IMG/VR virus record: IMGVR_UViG_3300008107_000019 | Span: 1-64,000 of that record | DNA from: a virus | Strand: one strand, 5' to 3' | Length of the DNA stretch: 64,000 bases | Part shown: piece by piece, positions 43,742 through 56,429 of the stretch | Numbering within the stretch: the stretch's first letter is position 1 | How the letters are laid out: each line of letters starts with the position of its first letter | The notes under the pieces: model-generated | The model's database searches: none | Told to the model about the DNA's origin: nothing | What the model saw: the letters and a program-made list of their open reading frames with translations, nothing else | Position numbers and translations under genes: made by a program

Positions 43742-46700
43742 ATGAAGCAATTTATAATAGCTTTAAAAAGCTCGGACTTTATTAAGTCTGGAAACGCTTG
43801 GTCTACAGATGCCATTGACCTATACCATAACAAGTGGTATACAAATTATTCTGTATCAAAATCAAGATATGGAATAAATGAGCTTAGCGACAGGACATTT
43901 GTCGGAACAGAAATATTAGACAATGCTACGCCATCAATAGTTGTAGATGGAAGTACTCCAGTATCTGTCACTAACTATGGAGAAATTTTTAAAGATACAA
44001 GTGTAATAACTTATAATATATTTGAATATGACGAAATATCCGAACAGTATTACATTTTTAATTTAATAGAAGACGCCTCGCCTTTTTATATTTTAGACCC
44101 AAATTCTGTTAGCTTAGATCTTTACAGGTTTGTTGATACATCTTCAAGAACAGATATCTTAAGCTACAAGCGGAGCTTTTACTAATGTAAACACTCAGGA
44201 CTCTCCAACATATACTGTAACCGTATATGAAGCAGATTCCTCATCTGGCCCATGGCTTAAATCTTCTGTTTCATCCGAAGTGGGCACGCTTTTCATAACA
44301 AATTCAAAGAGATATGTTAAGTTTGAATTAGACATAACATCCGAACTTCAGCCACAGGATGTAGAGAGTTATGGATTTGTTTTATTAGTAGAAGTAGCAA
44401 TAGCTAATCCAGTTCCTTCTATTTTAAGCAGAACTGCAAAAAAGATCTTAAGCAGGTTTCCTTCTTGGACTAAGATGTTTGAAGATTCCGTTGATAATGC
44501 AACTCCGGAACTTCAGACTCCAACCACAGTTGGTGGATCATTTATAAATTCACTCGTTGCCGATTTTCCAGAAAACTTTGAAAAGCAAGTAAATCAATTT
44601 GAGCTGGATAGATTTGTTACTACAGCTGACGAAAATCAACTAGCATGGATGTATACATCATCTGACATCCCAGCTTCCCACTTGTCTATTAAGGGCGATG
44701 CGGTTACTCTTTCTAGAGTTGATACTATAAATGATTTTTACGAATCAGTAGAAAATGATTATTGCTACTATTATTCAGTTCAAGATCGTAGGGTTTTTAC
44801 TAAGAAATTATTTAAATCATTAATAGTAGATAATTTACTTACTGAACAAGAACCAATGCTTAAGTGGAACTGGTTTGATGAATTTGGTGCAAGGGTAAGT
44901 CTAAGTAGACTTTACTTGGAATCTAACTCTAACTTTAAAAAGAGAATATTAGATACTTATAGAAACCTTCCTGGTCCATCAATAGATGCAGTTAAGAGAA
45001 CTCTTAGAAGAGAGCTCGATATATGGAGCGCATATGGTGCAACTCCAGACTCAGATTACTTAGGTGCAACTCCAGAAATATTAGAAATATCTGACATAGA
45101 ATCAAGTACTCCATACTTTGATTTTTCTGGCAAACCTAATAAAGAATTTAGAGACTTTGTAAGATCTTTGAATGAAAGGTATCCACTTAACTGGGGTTAC
45201 GTTAAATGGGGAGAAGGATACTGGGACTACGCTGGAAGAAATCAAGAAGGCGTTGGCAGAATACCTGCCGTATATGACGACGCTACTCCTCTTGGTCAAT
45301 ACTATCAGCCTGGTATAGGCGATTTTTCTGATGCAAACTTAATCGTAAAAGAGCCATCTGAGTCAGTTATTGATTTCAATGCAAAGTTTAAAGCCACTGG
45401 ATCAAGATATCTCGGTAAGGTTGATGATTATGCTCCAGTTATAGTTGACTATGAGTATTACGGAACATACACTCAAGATTACTACGACAACAGTCCAGCC
45501 ACTGTTAACTTTAGATATCTGTTAGAGATGCCAATTCACGGCTCTTATGCAACAGCAAAAACCTTTTATGTAGATATTAGCCATTATCCAGTTAATACAT
45601 ATGGACCTGGTCATCCAGCTAGTCCAGAGTATGAGACAGTGCCAATCTTTGATCAAGACGGGTACGCATATTCTAAATATGTCTTTAAAGATTTAGTCAC
45701 AGATGCAGCATATTCAGATACATCTGTTACCCCGGCTAATTCAAGAATCAACTATTATTATGCTAATAAAGCCTCTGCTACGCCTACAACTGGTTCTGAT
45801 GATTTTAATATTTCTTTTACTGGAGCAACACCTTATTCTTCCACCGTTGGATCGCCAATAAGTTTGCTGAACGCTAGATTCTTAAATGGTGGGGCAAACA
45901 TTAAGGCTTCTTCAAATAAGTACACTAAAAAAAGAGGGACATTTCAAACTACTCCAAAACTAGATGGTTTTTTTGTGTTAAACTCTGAAAATGAAATATC
46001 TTATACTAATGACATTGTTTTAGACAAGGACTTTATAAATCAGACCCTAATATTCCCACCTGGCGCAACGCCTGTTTATGTTCACGTAGATAATGTTAAA
46101 CCTTCAGGATATAAAGAGTTGCAAGATATTTATATTAGTCCAACATATGATGGATATGGTGGACTATCTTTCGACGGAGGAGAACTAAATCTTGTGCCGG
46201 CTTCTCCAAATATAATAGCTCAATATATCAATCCAAACTTTGCAACTCCTGCTGATCATCCTGGCTACATTAGTAACGATGGTGCAACTTATAATTATTA
46301 CTTTAAAGAATTAAAGTACCCATATGGTTCTACACCTAGTGTAATTAATTTTAGAACAGATAATACATCTACTCCTATTTATCCATTTAAGAAAGATTCT
46401 TGGGAATCATTTACTGCAGAGTCCACCCCAATGATAAATGGATCAATTAATAAGAGAGGAATAATAAGAACTTCATCAGATAATCATGATGAAAACTTTA
46501 CTTTAAACTCTAATGTTGTTGGTCAATACGATTTAACGTATGACACATTTAATGTAAGCTACAATACTCACTGGATTGAAAAAATAGAAGTAGTGAATGA
46601 CACTGAGGGAGTTGTGTTAACTCCATCTAATCAGTTCGTTACACTGGCGGATGAAGAATCCCTTTTTGCTAACTCTTCTATATTAGAATTTGAGGAAGGT

Positions 46701-48347
46701 AAACTGTCTACAGTAGAAGTTTCTGCAGACTTTGAGGGTGTTTATAGTTCATACCTTAACGTAGGTTGGTATAGTCAAAACGGAGAAGACTACTACGTAT
46801 ATTCATCTCCAATTAATGAGATCTTTGCAACTCCTGGTTTTTATGTAAACCTTAGTTATTCTGCTAAACAAGGTGCTCCAATAATCGTAGAAAGAAGCTC
46901 TGCTACTCCAGCTTTACTGAGAGAAGTGGCATTCTTTGATTCTTCTTCTCCTACATATGTTTCCCTGACTAATGCCGAAACGGTAACAGCAAATAAATCA
47001 AATAATCTTTATTTAGGCTATGAAGACATTTATGATGTTGAAGTAATTGATTCAGTAACTGGTTATACAATTTTAGAAAATGGAAGCAGTAGTACTAATG
47101 AAGTGCAGGTATTTAGTTCTGCAACACCTGGTGTTTATGGAAGAGATTATTATGTCACCTACAAGGTTAAAGACTCGTATGTTGTAGACAATGATTATTA
47201 TAATCAAAACACTGAAAGTTATATAACTTCAATCAGATTTGACTCTACCCCTTCTTCTCATTACTCATACGAGATAACTTATGAGGGTTCAGTTCTTTCT
47301 CATGCAACTCCAATATCTTTAAATGTAGACCCAATGGACCTGTGGGATCAAGAAGGATTTGTATATTTAAGTCATAATGATTACAGTTTCGCAGATGCAG
47401 AAATTAAACTTAGTCCATCGCACATTACAGATGATCTTAATGATTTTATTGTAGTCACAATTAAATCTCTTGATGAAAATGGAAACTCAAAGCCGTACCA
47501 AACATTTTCTATTACAGGAACGCACTTAGAATCTGAACAAGAATACTATCATACCGACATAAACGGTTTTGTTAGTGCAAGAGTTTACTTCTCCAGCGCA
47601 ACACCAATTACAGATGTTTCTGGAACATTAATAGTATCTGGAGTAGTAAATGGTTCTATTAACGCTCATGAAAATTCCGAAACTCAAGGCTTTTCTAAGA
47701 CTCTTAGTTTTGATATATCAACAAGCTATGAGACCGGTTTTTCCTTAAAGGCAATAGCAGATAGCTCTGTTATTCCAGCTGATGGAGTTTCCAATAACTA
47801 TGTTAGAGGATTCTTGAGAAAAGACTCATCTGCTGAAGTTAATAAAGTCATTTACTGGAGAAAGGGTAGGACGCTTCAAGACATTTTTGATGCAACTCCA
47901 TACTCTTCTTATGTAAGAACTGATGAATATGGAAACTTTGAAATAGGTCCTTTTACGGCCCAAGAAAAGAGTAATCCTGGATTCTGGATGGTTGCTGTTG
48001 AGTCAGAAGGTGCTGCAACAGTTAATGGTTCTCCATCTGCAGTAGTTGGCGATATAGTATTCTGGAATGAAAAGTATGACAATTTAAATTATTCATACGG
48101 AGATTCGGTATTCTATGATCCGAATTTACTATATATCAATAGAACAGATATGTATTCCACCCCATCCTTTACGGTTCAGTATTTTGATGGGAATTATGCG
48201 ACACCATATTCCGCAACGCCTGATTGGCTCCCACCAAAATGGTACCCAATTAATAGATATGATCAATATATGATGGGCTTACTTGGATCAACTCCAATGC
48301 ACGTAAGCAGTTATCAAAACTTAATGAGAGATTATGAGGAAGAGTAA
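43742..48347 (+). CDS. large baseplate wedge-like protein (~1534 aa), joined by a +1 shift at CGG 44171
   Basis: 43742..44185 and 44280..48347 fuse if C44171 is skipped. FDEFGARVSLSRLYLESNSNFKKRI is a gpI/wedge-like motif; 17 Ala-Thr-Pro tripeptides. Confidence 0.7.
44171..44174 (+). other. +1 recoding site 5: AAG CGG-A
   Basis: In-frame CGG (codon 144). Window bounded by +1-frame TAA 44160-62 and 0-frame TAA 44183-85. Confidence 0.8.
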
Positions 48348-51300
48348 ATGAAGAATTTTGTTGATAAAACAGAATCTTTAAAAGAACCAGCTGTAAAAAC
48401 TGGAAATTTTATACCCCGAGATGCAGTAAACTTACGGTTGGTTTTCTTCAAAAGAAATTACCCCAGAAAATAATCTAGCATTTGTTGACCTCTCTTCGAC
48501 TATTTCTGAAAATGTAAACGAAACATCTACTTTTAACAAAGTAATGTTTGCCAATGAAGTTGGAATGCTAGAAGATGAAAATGGAAATCCCTATGTGTCT
48601 TCCGACGATGTTTTGGTCAGCGATATATTTTTAAATGAAGAAGTTTTCCTAACTAGCTATCAAAAAGATGAATTAAAAAATAAAGCGTATGCTATGAATT
48701 ACTATGTTAGTAATCATTTTACGCTCTTAAGAAGTGGAATGCACATATCAAGCGGCTTAAACTATTTCGTTGAAGATAGGTTTATCCCAAATAACATTAA
48801 AGTTATAGACGATAATGGCAATATATATTCTGATCCAGAAACTGGAAGATTAAAATATAGAATTTCTTTTGAGTCATTTGTTACAGAGAAAAACTCTATC
48901 CAAAATGAGATACCTCATAAAATAATAGTCTTTATCGAAGATGCATATCCAAAGAATTTAACTTTGGTTTATGATAAAGTAGAAGTTGATCAAGACGGTG
49001 TTTGGTCTGGTCAAATATTAAAATATTCTGAATCAATAAATGTTCTTCCATTATTTAAGAGAGTTCAAGAAGAGGCTGAGGTAGTTGACCCATCAAATCT
49101 TTTTGATAAAACTTATTCTATAAAAAGAAATACAAAAACAAAGTCTATAAATAATCAAACTATTGGCTCTGAAGATAATGTTATATACGTCAATAAAAAA
49201 GCAATTGATGACAATAGAGTTTTTGAAGTTTATAACTGGAGAGTAGTAGCAAAAGTACAAAACTCAGTAGATTTTTCCGAAATAAACTATGGAAGAGATT
49301 TCTCTACTGATAATATTCTTACAAAGAATGTAAACGCTGCAGTGCTTTACTCAAGTTCGGTGACAAGAGATCTAAATAATATAAATCCTTATGTATTTCT
49401 AAACTTACAAAATTCAGTATTCAATTTAGCTAGTTTAAATTTTCAGAATCCAAATTCAACTTTGACCGATAAAAACTTAGCCAACTATTGGCTTGTGGAT
49501 ATAGATTCAGTGACAGATGAGCAAATTAGACAGTACGATGTAATTGCTTGTTCATTACACTGGGTTCTTACGGATTCGCACGCAGAAAAAATTAATTCAT
49601 TTCTTACAAATGCAGGAACATTTATTGTTGACACAATCAACGCACCAATAAACTCTCTTTTGAAATTAAATCCAGCATTGACTATAGCTGGAGCAGATGT
49701 TAACTCTACTCCAACTACAGTTCCAAGTACTTACAACTCAAATAGTTTACTCTTAAATGCAACAAAAAATAATGCCTTCTCTATAACAACTTCTGAGTTT
49801 GCAACAGATTGTGGAATATATGGTTATGGAAAAGGTCCCAATAATTCTTACAAAAAGTATAACTATTTTACAAATTCAGGTTTAGAATCAGTTTTAGAGA
49901 GAAGCTCACAAAAGTTTGTCACATTATTAAGAACCGTAAATAGAACAGATAGGTTAATGGCCAACAATATTGTTGCGTCGACTACTGGATTTTTAAAATA
50001 CTGTAATGATTTATACTCTTCAAATACGGCAATATCTACTCCTAATAATGGAGAGTCTTCTATTTCTGTTTCTTCTGGATCTTCTTTCTCTAATTTTGTA
50101 GAGGGTCCATATAAGTTTTTATATAACTGTGTTTCTGTTGGAATTAATGACAGGGTCGAGTCAACTAGATTTAAATTAGATTTAAGATCCAGCGTTCATT
50201 ACTACAGTGGTCAATGGTATAGCGATTGGGTCATTGACACAGATGCACTTTTTGAAGACGAGTTAATATCTTATTACAAAAATACTATAGTTTCTGGGGA
50301 AAGAAAATATGTTAGAGAAACAATCTCTTCTCCAAAAGATTTATACACCGCAGAAATATCTTCATTGGCTTCTAATCTTTCAAATGTTTTCTTAGATCAA
50401 AATAGCAGCAATATAACACTATATATTGAATATACAAATCCCAATGTGATATGGACAAACACTTCTTCTGTTACCGATACAGAAAAAAGAGAAGTAGCTT
50501 CTTCTTATAGCCTTGTAAAGATAAATAACAAGGACATTTCTTGTGAAACTTATACTGATAAAAAATCACCTAAGTTTGACATACCTTCTAAGTTTGGTCC
50601 TTATGTAGTTAAAGATAAATTAATTCCATCAAAAAAGAATCAACTTAAGATAGTTCCAAACGTTCCAGTGAGAAGTTATGCAGTCAACCTGCAATCTGTT
50701 CGCAGTATGACTTCTGGATCAGATACTCCTGTTAATTTTGACGCAACATTGAACATAACTGCAACAGCAAAATTTAATCAGAATCATGTATTCACAAGGG
50801 GCGGAGGCACTGAGCTGGTTACACCAGGGGTTCCTGCAACATCCGGAACAATTCAAGCCGGAGATACTAAGTTTTACACGCCAACAGCATTTGAAACATC
50901 TCAAACTGGAGATTATTCTTTGATTGACAAAAAGCTTGGCGATATATCAAGCTTTTATAATGCATTTAATTATACTTACGATATTGACAAAGGTAATACC
51001 TGGGATGAATACTTTCAGGGCAAGGGTAGCGCTACATATATAAAATATATACAATTAACTTTAGAGGCTGCCGGAAGTGAATTTAAGACTAGCGTAGATG
51101 GAGTTTTCGGTTCAGGTACTGCATCAAAGGTTAAAGCTTTTCAAAAAGATAGAGGTCTTAAAGAAGATGGAATTGTAGACTCCCAGACAAAAATGTGGCT
51201 GGCAAGAGTTTGGGCTAACATGAGTCAAGATACTTTTGATGACTATGTTAAAAAAGTTAACGCTAATACTTATAAAGATAAAAATATAGATAAATATCTA

Positions 51301-53823
51301 AATGGAGCAAGAGTATCAAAAAGCGCAAAGCTTGGATTGCAGGCAAATGAAGGATTTAGATTAATAAACTTTAGCGGTATATCAAGAGAAGCAGACCCAG
51401 ATGCCATAAGATTGTGGGTCGGGTTTGTATTGCCAAATGACGAAGAAATTTATTCAATTGATTCTTTGATAATTTCCGGAGGAGAATTTGGTACTCAAGT
51501 TGGCTCTCCTTCTTATAACGGATTTAAAGTTATAGACTATATTGTTTCTGATAGTTATAGATTTACAAGAAATCAAAACGCAGGAACAGTAGCTTCATAT
51601 ACAAAAGGTTCAACAGAAATAAACTTACCAAATGGGCAAAATATAAAAGGTAAGCATGTCTCAATATTGCTTCAAGGGTCAAAGTTAGGCGGAAGCTTTG
51701 GATCTACAGCAGAAGGTATAGCTATTGGTGGAATCCAGTGTAAATATAGTGTCAAGAAAACAACAGTTGGCACTCCAGCAAAAGATCCAGTTTATAGAAC
51801 TATTCCACCCGTAGATTATCCGGAATCAAAACAAGTTACTGGAACTTTATCAATATCTGTTCCAGTCAATTCTGTGTCGTTTGCCGAACAAAACTTTAAT
51901 ATAGATTCAACGTTTTTAAGAAACGCAACATTAAGTGCAATATCTATTTATAGAATAGATGGAAATCAATTTAGTTCTGAATTGCTGTCTTACTCTGGTA
52001 TATCAGCTACACTAAACCAAACTGAGTATAAGCCAGACACAAATAGAATAGAAAAAGTTAATCTTTCAACAATACTAGCAGATACAATATCACTTCAGTC
52101 TGCAACTGTTTCATCGGTAAAGCAAGCTGGCACTAATATTTCCTATAGTTCGTCCAATATAGATTTAACAACTAGTGGAAACACAGTAAAGTTAAAAAGC
52201 AATCTATCATCGTATGCTTCTGAAACAACGGTTGTAAGAAGCCAGAGTATAACTGGCTACAATGTTAGAAGCGTAGATAACTCTTCTATTAGGCCGCAAA
52301 AAAATTCTTTCAACTATTATGATGGAGTAACTCTTTTATGCAAGCCCGATGGAACCCCTTTTGGTATTGACGTTTCTTCTGGAATGACATCGACCAACTC
52401 TGCGCTAGATGTATACTACTCTAATATTGAATTGATCAATACACTTCCTGCTCAACCAGGTCTACAGTATGGTTTCTATGACATTAGAAATAGGCAATTT
52501 ATTGGCAAGAATATAACCTACAATAAGTATAGAGAAGTTGGTCCACAAAATCTTTACATAGGACTATATGCATATGACTATGACGGAGATCTTTCAACGC
52601 AAAGAGAATATACTGGTTCAGCAAACGGCGATATGTATCAGCCAGTTCAGGTTCCTACAAAATCTGCATACCCTGTATTTAAAGTATCTTCCGTGCCAAA
52701 AAACAAAATTCAACTGATGAGAACTCCACCAAAGTTAAGTAAGACAGAACCATGGCCTTTGTCTGTAAGTTCTGGCTCTTTTGTTAAGTCCGTACAACTA
52801 GAGCTGCATAGACCAAAAGATTGGCTTATTGGATACAATGGTCAAACACTAAAGGCGAAGTACGATACTTCAAATATGCCGGCAGTTGGTTGGTCAAAGA
52901 TTTTTGGCAGAGGGTATTATGATATAGTTGATGAAACTCCTGTTTACAACAATGGTCAATCAATAACATTAAGAAATGTTCCAATACATATTGTTCATGA
53001 AAAGTCTGATGATTTAAGCAGGTTTGCTGCAGACTTTAGACCAGTTGTAAAAGTATATACAAGATCTACGGTTTCTTCTCCTTGGCAAGAGGTTTCGTAT
53101 ACTCAGTTTAAAAATGTAAACTGTAGAACTGGTTTAGTAGAATTTAATTCTTCTATAATTTCTTCTGATGAAAGACTAACAAAAGTAAGTTACACAGTTT
53201 CTTCATCTGATGTAATGGTTAGGGGATCCAATGGTCAACCAATACCGCTAAATCCATTCTTGAACAAAGATATAGTGAGAGTAAACAAGCCGTTATATAT
53301 TTACTTAAAGCCAACAGAAATATACAAGCAGAAACAAGCGCCAGCAAATAGCATATATCCAGCAGTAGTAAGAGACACACTGGTAGAAGAATATACTCCT
53401 GGTCCAATAGTTAATTTTACTTATAATAATAATATATTTAATAAATATGATATATCAGAATATGATCCATTTGCCCTTTTGATAGGCATTGTGTATGTAG
53501 TGAATACTTTTTCTGATGAAAACTTTACATTTACAGACCTTAGAACTAGAGGTGGTGGCATTTCTAGTGGGTTTGATACTAACAAGGTGCTTATGGATAT
53601 AGAAGAAGCTATATCATACTGGGACGTATACCCTGCAATGGGAGAGGCTTATCCAAAGGGCGGATATGTAATGGTTAAAATTCCAAAACTTGTTAAGAAA
53701 AACTTTACAAATCCAGATGAAGTGTATACAATTGTTAGAAACAACATTACGGCTGGCGTTGTTTTTGATCTTCAAGATATGGAAGGAAAGGATTGGGGTA
53801 GCAGTGTTACGACAACTTCCTGA
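48348..53823 (+). CDS. large baseplate/fibre protein (~1824 aa) with peptidoglycan-binding domain, joined by a +1 shift at CGG 48435
   Basis: ATG 48348 directly follows the previous TAA. A 41-aa 0-frame ORF (not in the track) joins the 48544 ORF if C48435 is skipped. PG_binding_1 motif IQLTL...VDGVFGSGTASKVKAFQKDRGLKEDGIVDSQT. Confidence 0.75.
48435..48438 (+). other. +1 recoding site 6: TTA CGG-T
   Basis: In-frame CGG (codon 30). +1-frame TAA at 48427-29 and 0-frame TAA at 48471-73 bound the window. Confidence 0.75.
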
Positions 53824-56428
53824 TGTTTTACAAACCTTTTCTTCTCAAAGTAAAAGGACAGTTAGCTCCCTTCTTCAGAGTGTAAAGGGAGATAAAACTC
53901 AAATATCAACATTGGTTCAAAACCTTAAAAACTTTGACAACAATGCTAACTATACTCCTTCTTTAGCAATAAATTATTCACTTATGAATGTGGAGTCTGT
54001 ATTAGAATTTTTTAGGGATTCTAGCCTAAGAATAAACGAATTCTTTTCGGCAGCGTCTTCTATATCAAATGTTTTGAATTCTATGGTTTCCATATTTTCT
54101 TCTGAAGTTCAAAAATTAGAAAAAGATATATCTTATTTAGAAAATTTTATAGATAATTATCAATTTATAGTTGGTGAAGATGATTTATTTAACTTTAACT
54201 ATATAGAAAACTTTGATAATAATATAAATTCTTCTATTAACGAAAACTCAAATATTAAACTAGTTGACAGAGATGGTGTTAATTTCAACGAAAATGGAAA
54301 CTATAAAATTGACACAGTCTTAAGTAAAATGTCAGTTTCAACTGGGGCAAGTTTTATTAATCCACTTGAAAATATTCAAAGTATTTCTAATACAGATAAT
54401 AATTATTCACATTATATTACAACAGATACTGGTTTTGATTTATTATTTAATGAAGACAAAAAGGACAACTGGTCCGTTACAGTCAAGGCACCGACTTTAT
54501 TGACAGCTCAGATGCCACAGCTTTCTAAATACGTAACATACGACACTTCTTTTATCAGGGGTGCCCAGTCCGTAAATGAAGTTAACTTTTATACTCCAAT
54601 AGAGATGGACTTTATAAGAATAGCGCCCAGTGATGCAAATGGTTTACAGCTTCTTCAGGTTGTTCTAGTTAAAACAGATCCACTTGTTTCTCAAGCTTCT
54701 AATTCTGTACAGGGAGAGTATGTTGATTTTCCAGTACTCCATACCCCTCTTCTTTTGAACAAGTCAGTTGATATTGTTTTTGAAAAATCTAAAGTTAAAA
54801 AAATTATATTTATATTCAATCAATCTAAATATATAAGAAGTGAAAATACTCCTATTAAACAAGAAATAAATTCAAAAGTTTTAAGAGACATTGTTAATAA
54901 AAAGAAAAATAATAGAAAAAACAAATCCCAAACACTGCAGGATATAGTCTATTTCTACTTTAATGGAGCTAACTCTTCACTTACTCCAAGAAAAAATACC
55001 ACTTTATATTCAGATTATTATTCAAATAAGTATCCAAATAGTGAAAACTATAACGAAAAAAACTTTATAGAAAGAATGTATGGATACTCAGATGAAGAAA
55101 TCAACGCAAAAGTCTATGATCTGGTTGAAGACAAAAACTCTACTCCAATTGAAAACATCGTGCAAAGCATCGTGCAGCATGCTATAGATTCTAGAAGTAA
55201 TATCTTCAATACTAAGATATATAGATCAAGTTCATCTAATGCAAATGAAAATCTTATATCTACCACAAGAACTGATGGATTTATACCAGTAAAAAATGAT
55301 GAGGAAACCTATTCTTTAGATTTTCAAAATCAAGATGCGCTTTCACCTGGTCTTTCTTTTGATGATGTTTCAAAATACTTAGAAAATAAAGAAATATCTA
55401 ATTCATATGAATATAGCTTTTCGTTGAGCTCAATTGCTTTTGGGGTAAATACAAACCAAAACCAAAACAAAGCATGCTTTGTCTCAAAGAAAGTTGAGAT
55501 GGATGGAGCACCCTTGGGTATTAAGGGTATTGTTAATGTTGTGAGGGAAAGAAGAGACTTGTCTTTTTCTAGATATGATCTTAAAGAAGCTGGCTCTTAC
55601 GAGTTAAGTGTCTGTTGGAGTGACGTAATTGATTCAGAAAGATCATGGACGCCATTAATGTCTGAAGTTGACGGAAAGATAGATTCAGAAGTATTATTCT
55701 TTGATGGTCTTAATTTAGCTCAATTAAGATTTTCTCCAAATCCTGCATCAATTAAGATCTATAAAAATGGAATGTTTGAAAATCCAAATCTATGGAGCTA
55801 TTCACAGGTAGGAAACTACATAACATACAATGAGCCAGTTGACAAAAATGCTATCTATGTAGCAGAGTATGAGGTTGACTTAATTAACTATAAGCAAAAC
55901 ATTGTAGATATAGACCAAATTTCTAGTTCTAATTTTGCAGTCAGAACCTATGCTGCATCAGGAACTCCTGGAGAAAAGTTTAACGGAACTAGTTCTGGAA
56001 ACAAGATAACACTATCGTATATTCCTTTTATAGAGGACAAGTTTTCAACCGCTGTATATAATAGTTTATATGGTACTATTAACACTACTGAAAACATTGG
56101 TTACTCTCCAGTTATTGTTACATTAAATAATGGAGATACAGCTGTTAACTTAACTAATTATACAAAAAATAGCTTTGAAAAAGGATCCTTTTATCAGACA
56201 GATCAGTATCTGTTCTTCCAAAACGGTAAAGAGCTTATTTTCAATAAACCAATTGCCGATCAAGTGTCAGTAAAGTATAGTTATATACCATCTTCTTTAA
56301 GATTTAGATTAATTATAAGAAATAATATTCCAGGTATATATAATGGAATATCAATTGACAATGTTATCTTAAAGTGTAAAGTAAAAAATTTAGATCCATT
56401 CTCCGAGAAACTTTTAAGGTTAAACTAA
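53804..56428 (+). CDS. structural baseplate/fibre-associated protein
   Basis: Likely start GTG 53804 (in frame with track ORF 53690); N-terminal coiled coil followed by beta domains, similar in layout to the downstream genes. Confidence 0.65.
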   Translation: MLRQLPDVLQTFSSQSKRTVSSLLQSVKGDKTQISTLVQNLKNFDNNANYTPSLAINYSLMNVESVLEFFRDSSLRINEFFSAASSISNVLNSMVSIFSSEVQKLEKDISYLENFIDNYQFIVGEDDLFNFNYIENFDNNINSSINENSNIKLVDRDGVNFNENGNYKIDTVLSKMSVSTGASFINPLENIQSISNTDNNYSHYITTDTGFDLLFNEDKKDNWSVTVKAPTLLTAQMPQLSKYVTYDTSFIRGAQSVNEVNFYTPIEMDFIRIAPSDANGLQLLQVVLVKTDPLVSQASNSVQGEYVDFPVLHTPLLLNKSVDIVFEKSKVKKIIFIFNQSKYIRSENTPIKQEINSKVLRDIVNKKKNNRKNKSQTLQDIVYFYFNGANSSLTPRKNTTLYSDYYSNKYPNSENYNEKNFIERMYGYSDEEINAKVYDLVEDKNSTPIENIVQSIVQHAIDSRSNIFNTKIYRSSSSNANENLISTTRTDGFIPVKNDEETYSLDFQNQDALSPGLSFDDVSKYLENKEISNSYEYSFSLSSIAFGVNTNQNQNKACFVSKKVEMDGAPLGIKGIVNVVRERRDLSFSRYDLKEAGSYELSVCWSDVIDSERSWTPLMSEVDGKIDSEVLFFDGLNLAQLRFSPNPASIKIYKNGMFENPNLWSYSQVGNYITYNEPVDKNAIYVAEYEVDLINYKQNIVDIDQISSSNFAVRTYAASGTPGEKFNGTSSGNKITLSYIPFIEDKFSTAVYNSLYGTINTTENIGYSPVIVTLNNGDTAVNLTNYTKNSFEKGSFYQTDQYLFFQNGKELIFNKPIADQVSVKYSYIPSSLRFRLIIRNNIPGIYNGISIDNVILKCKVKNLDPFSEKLLRLN

Positions 56429-56429
56429 A

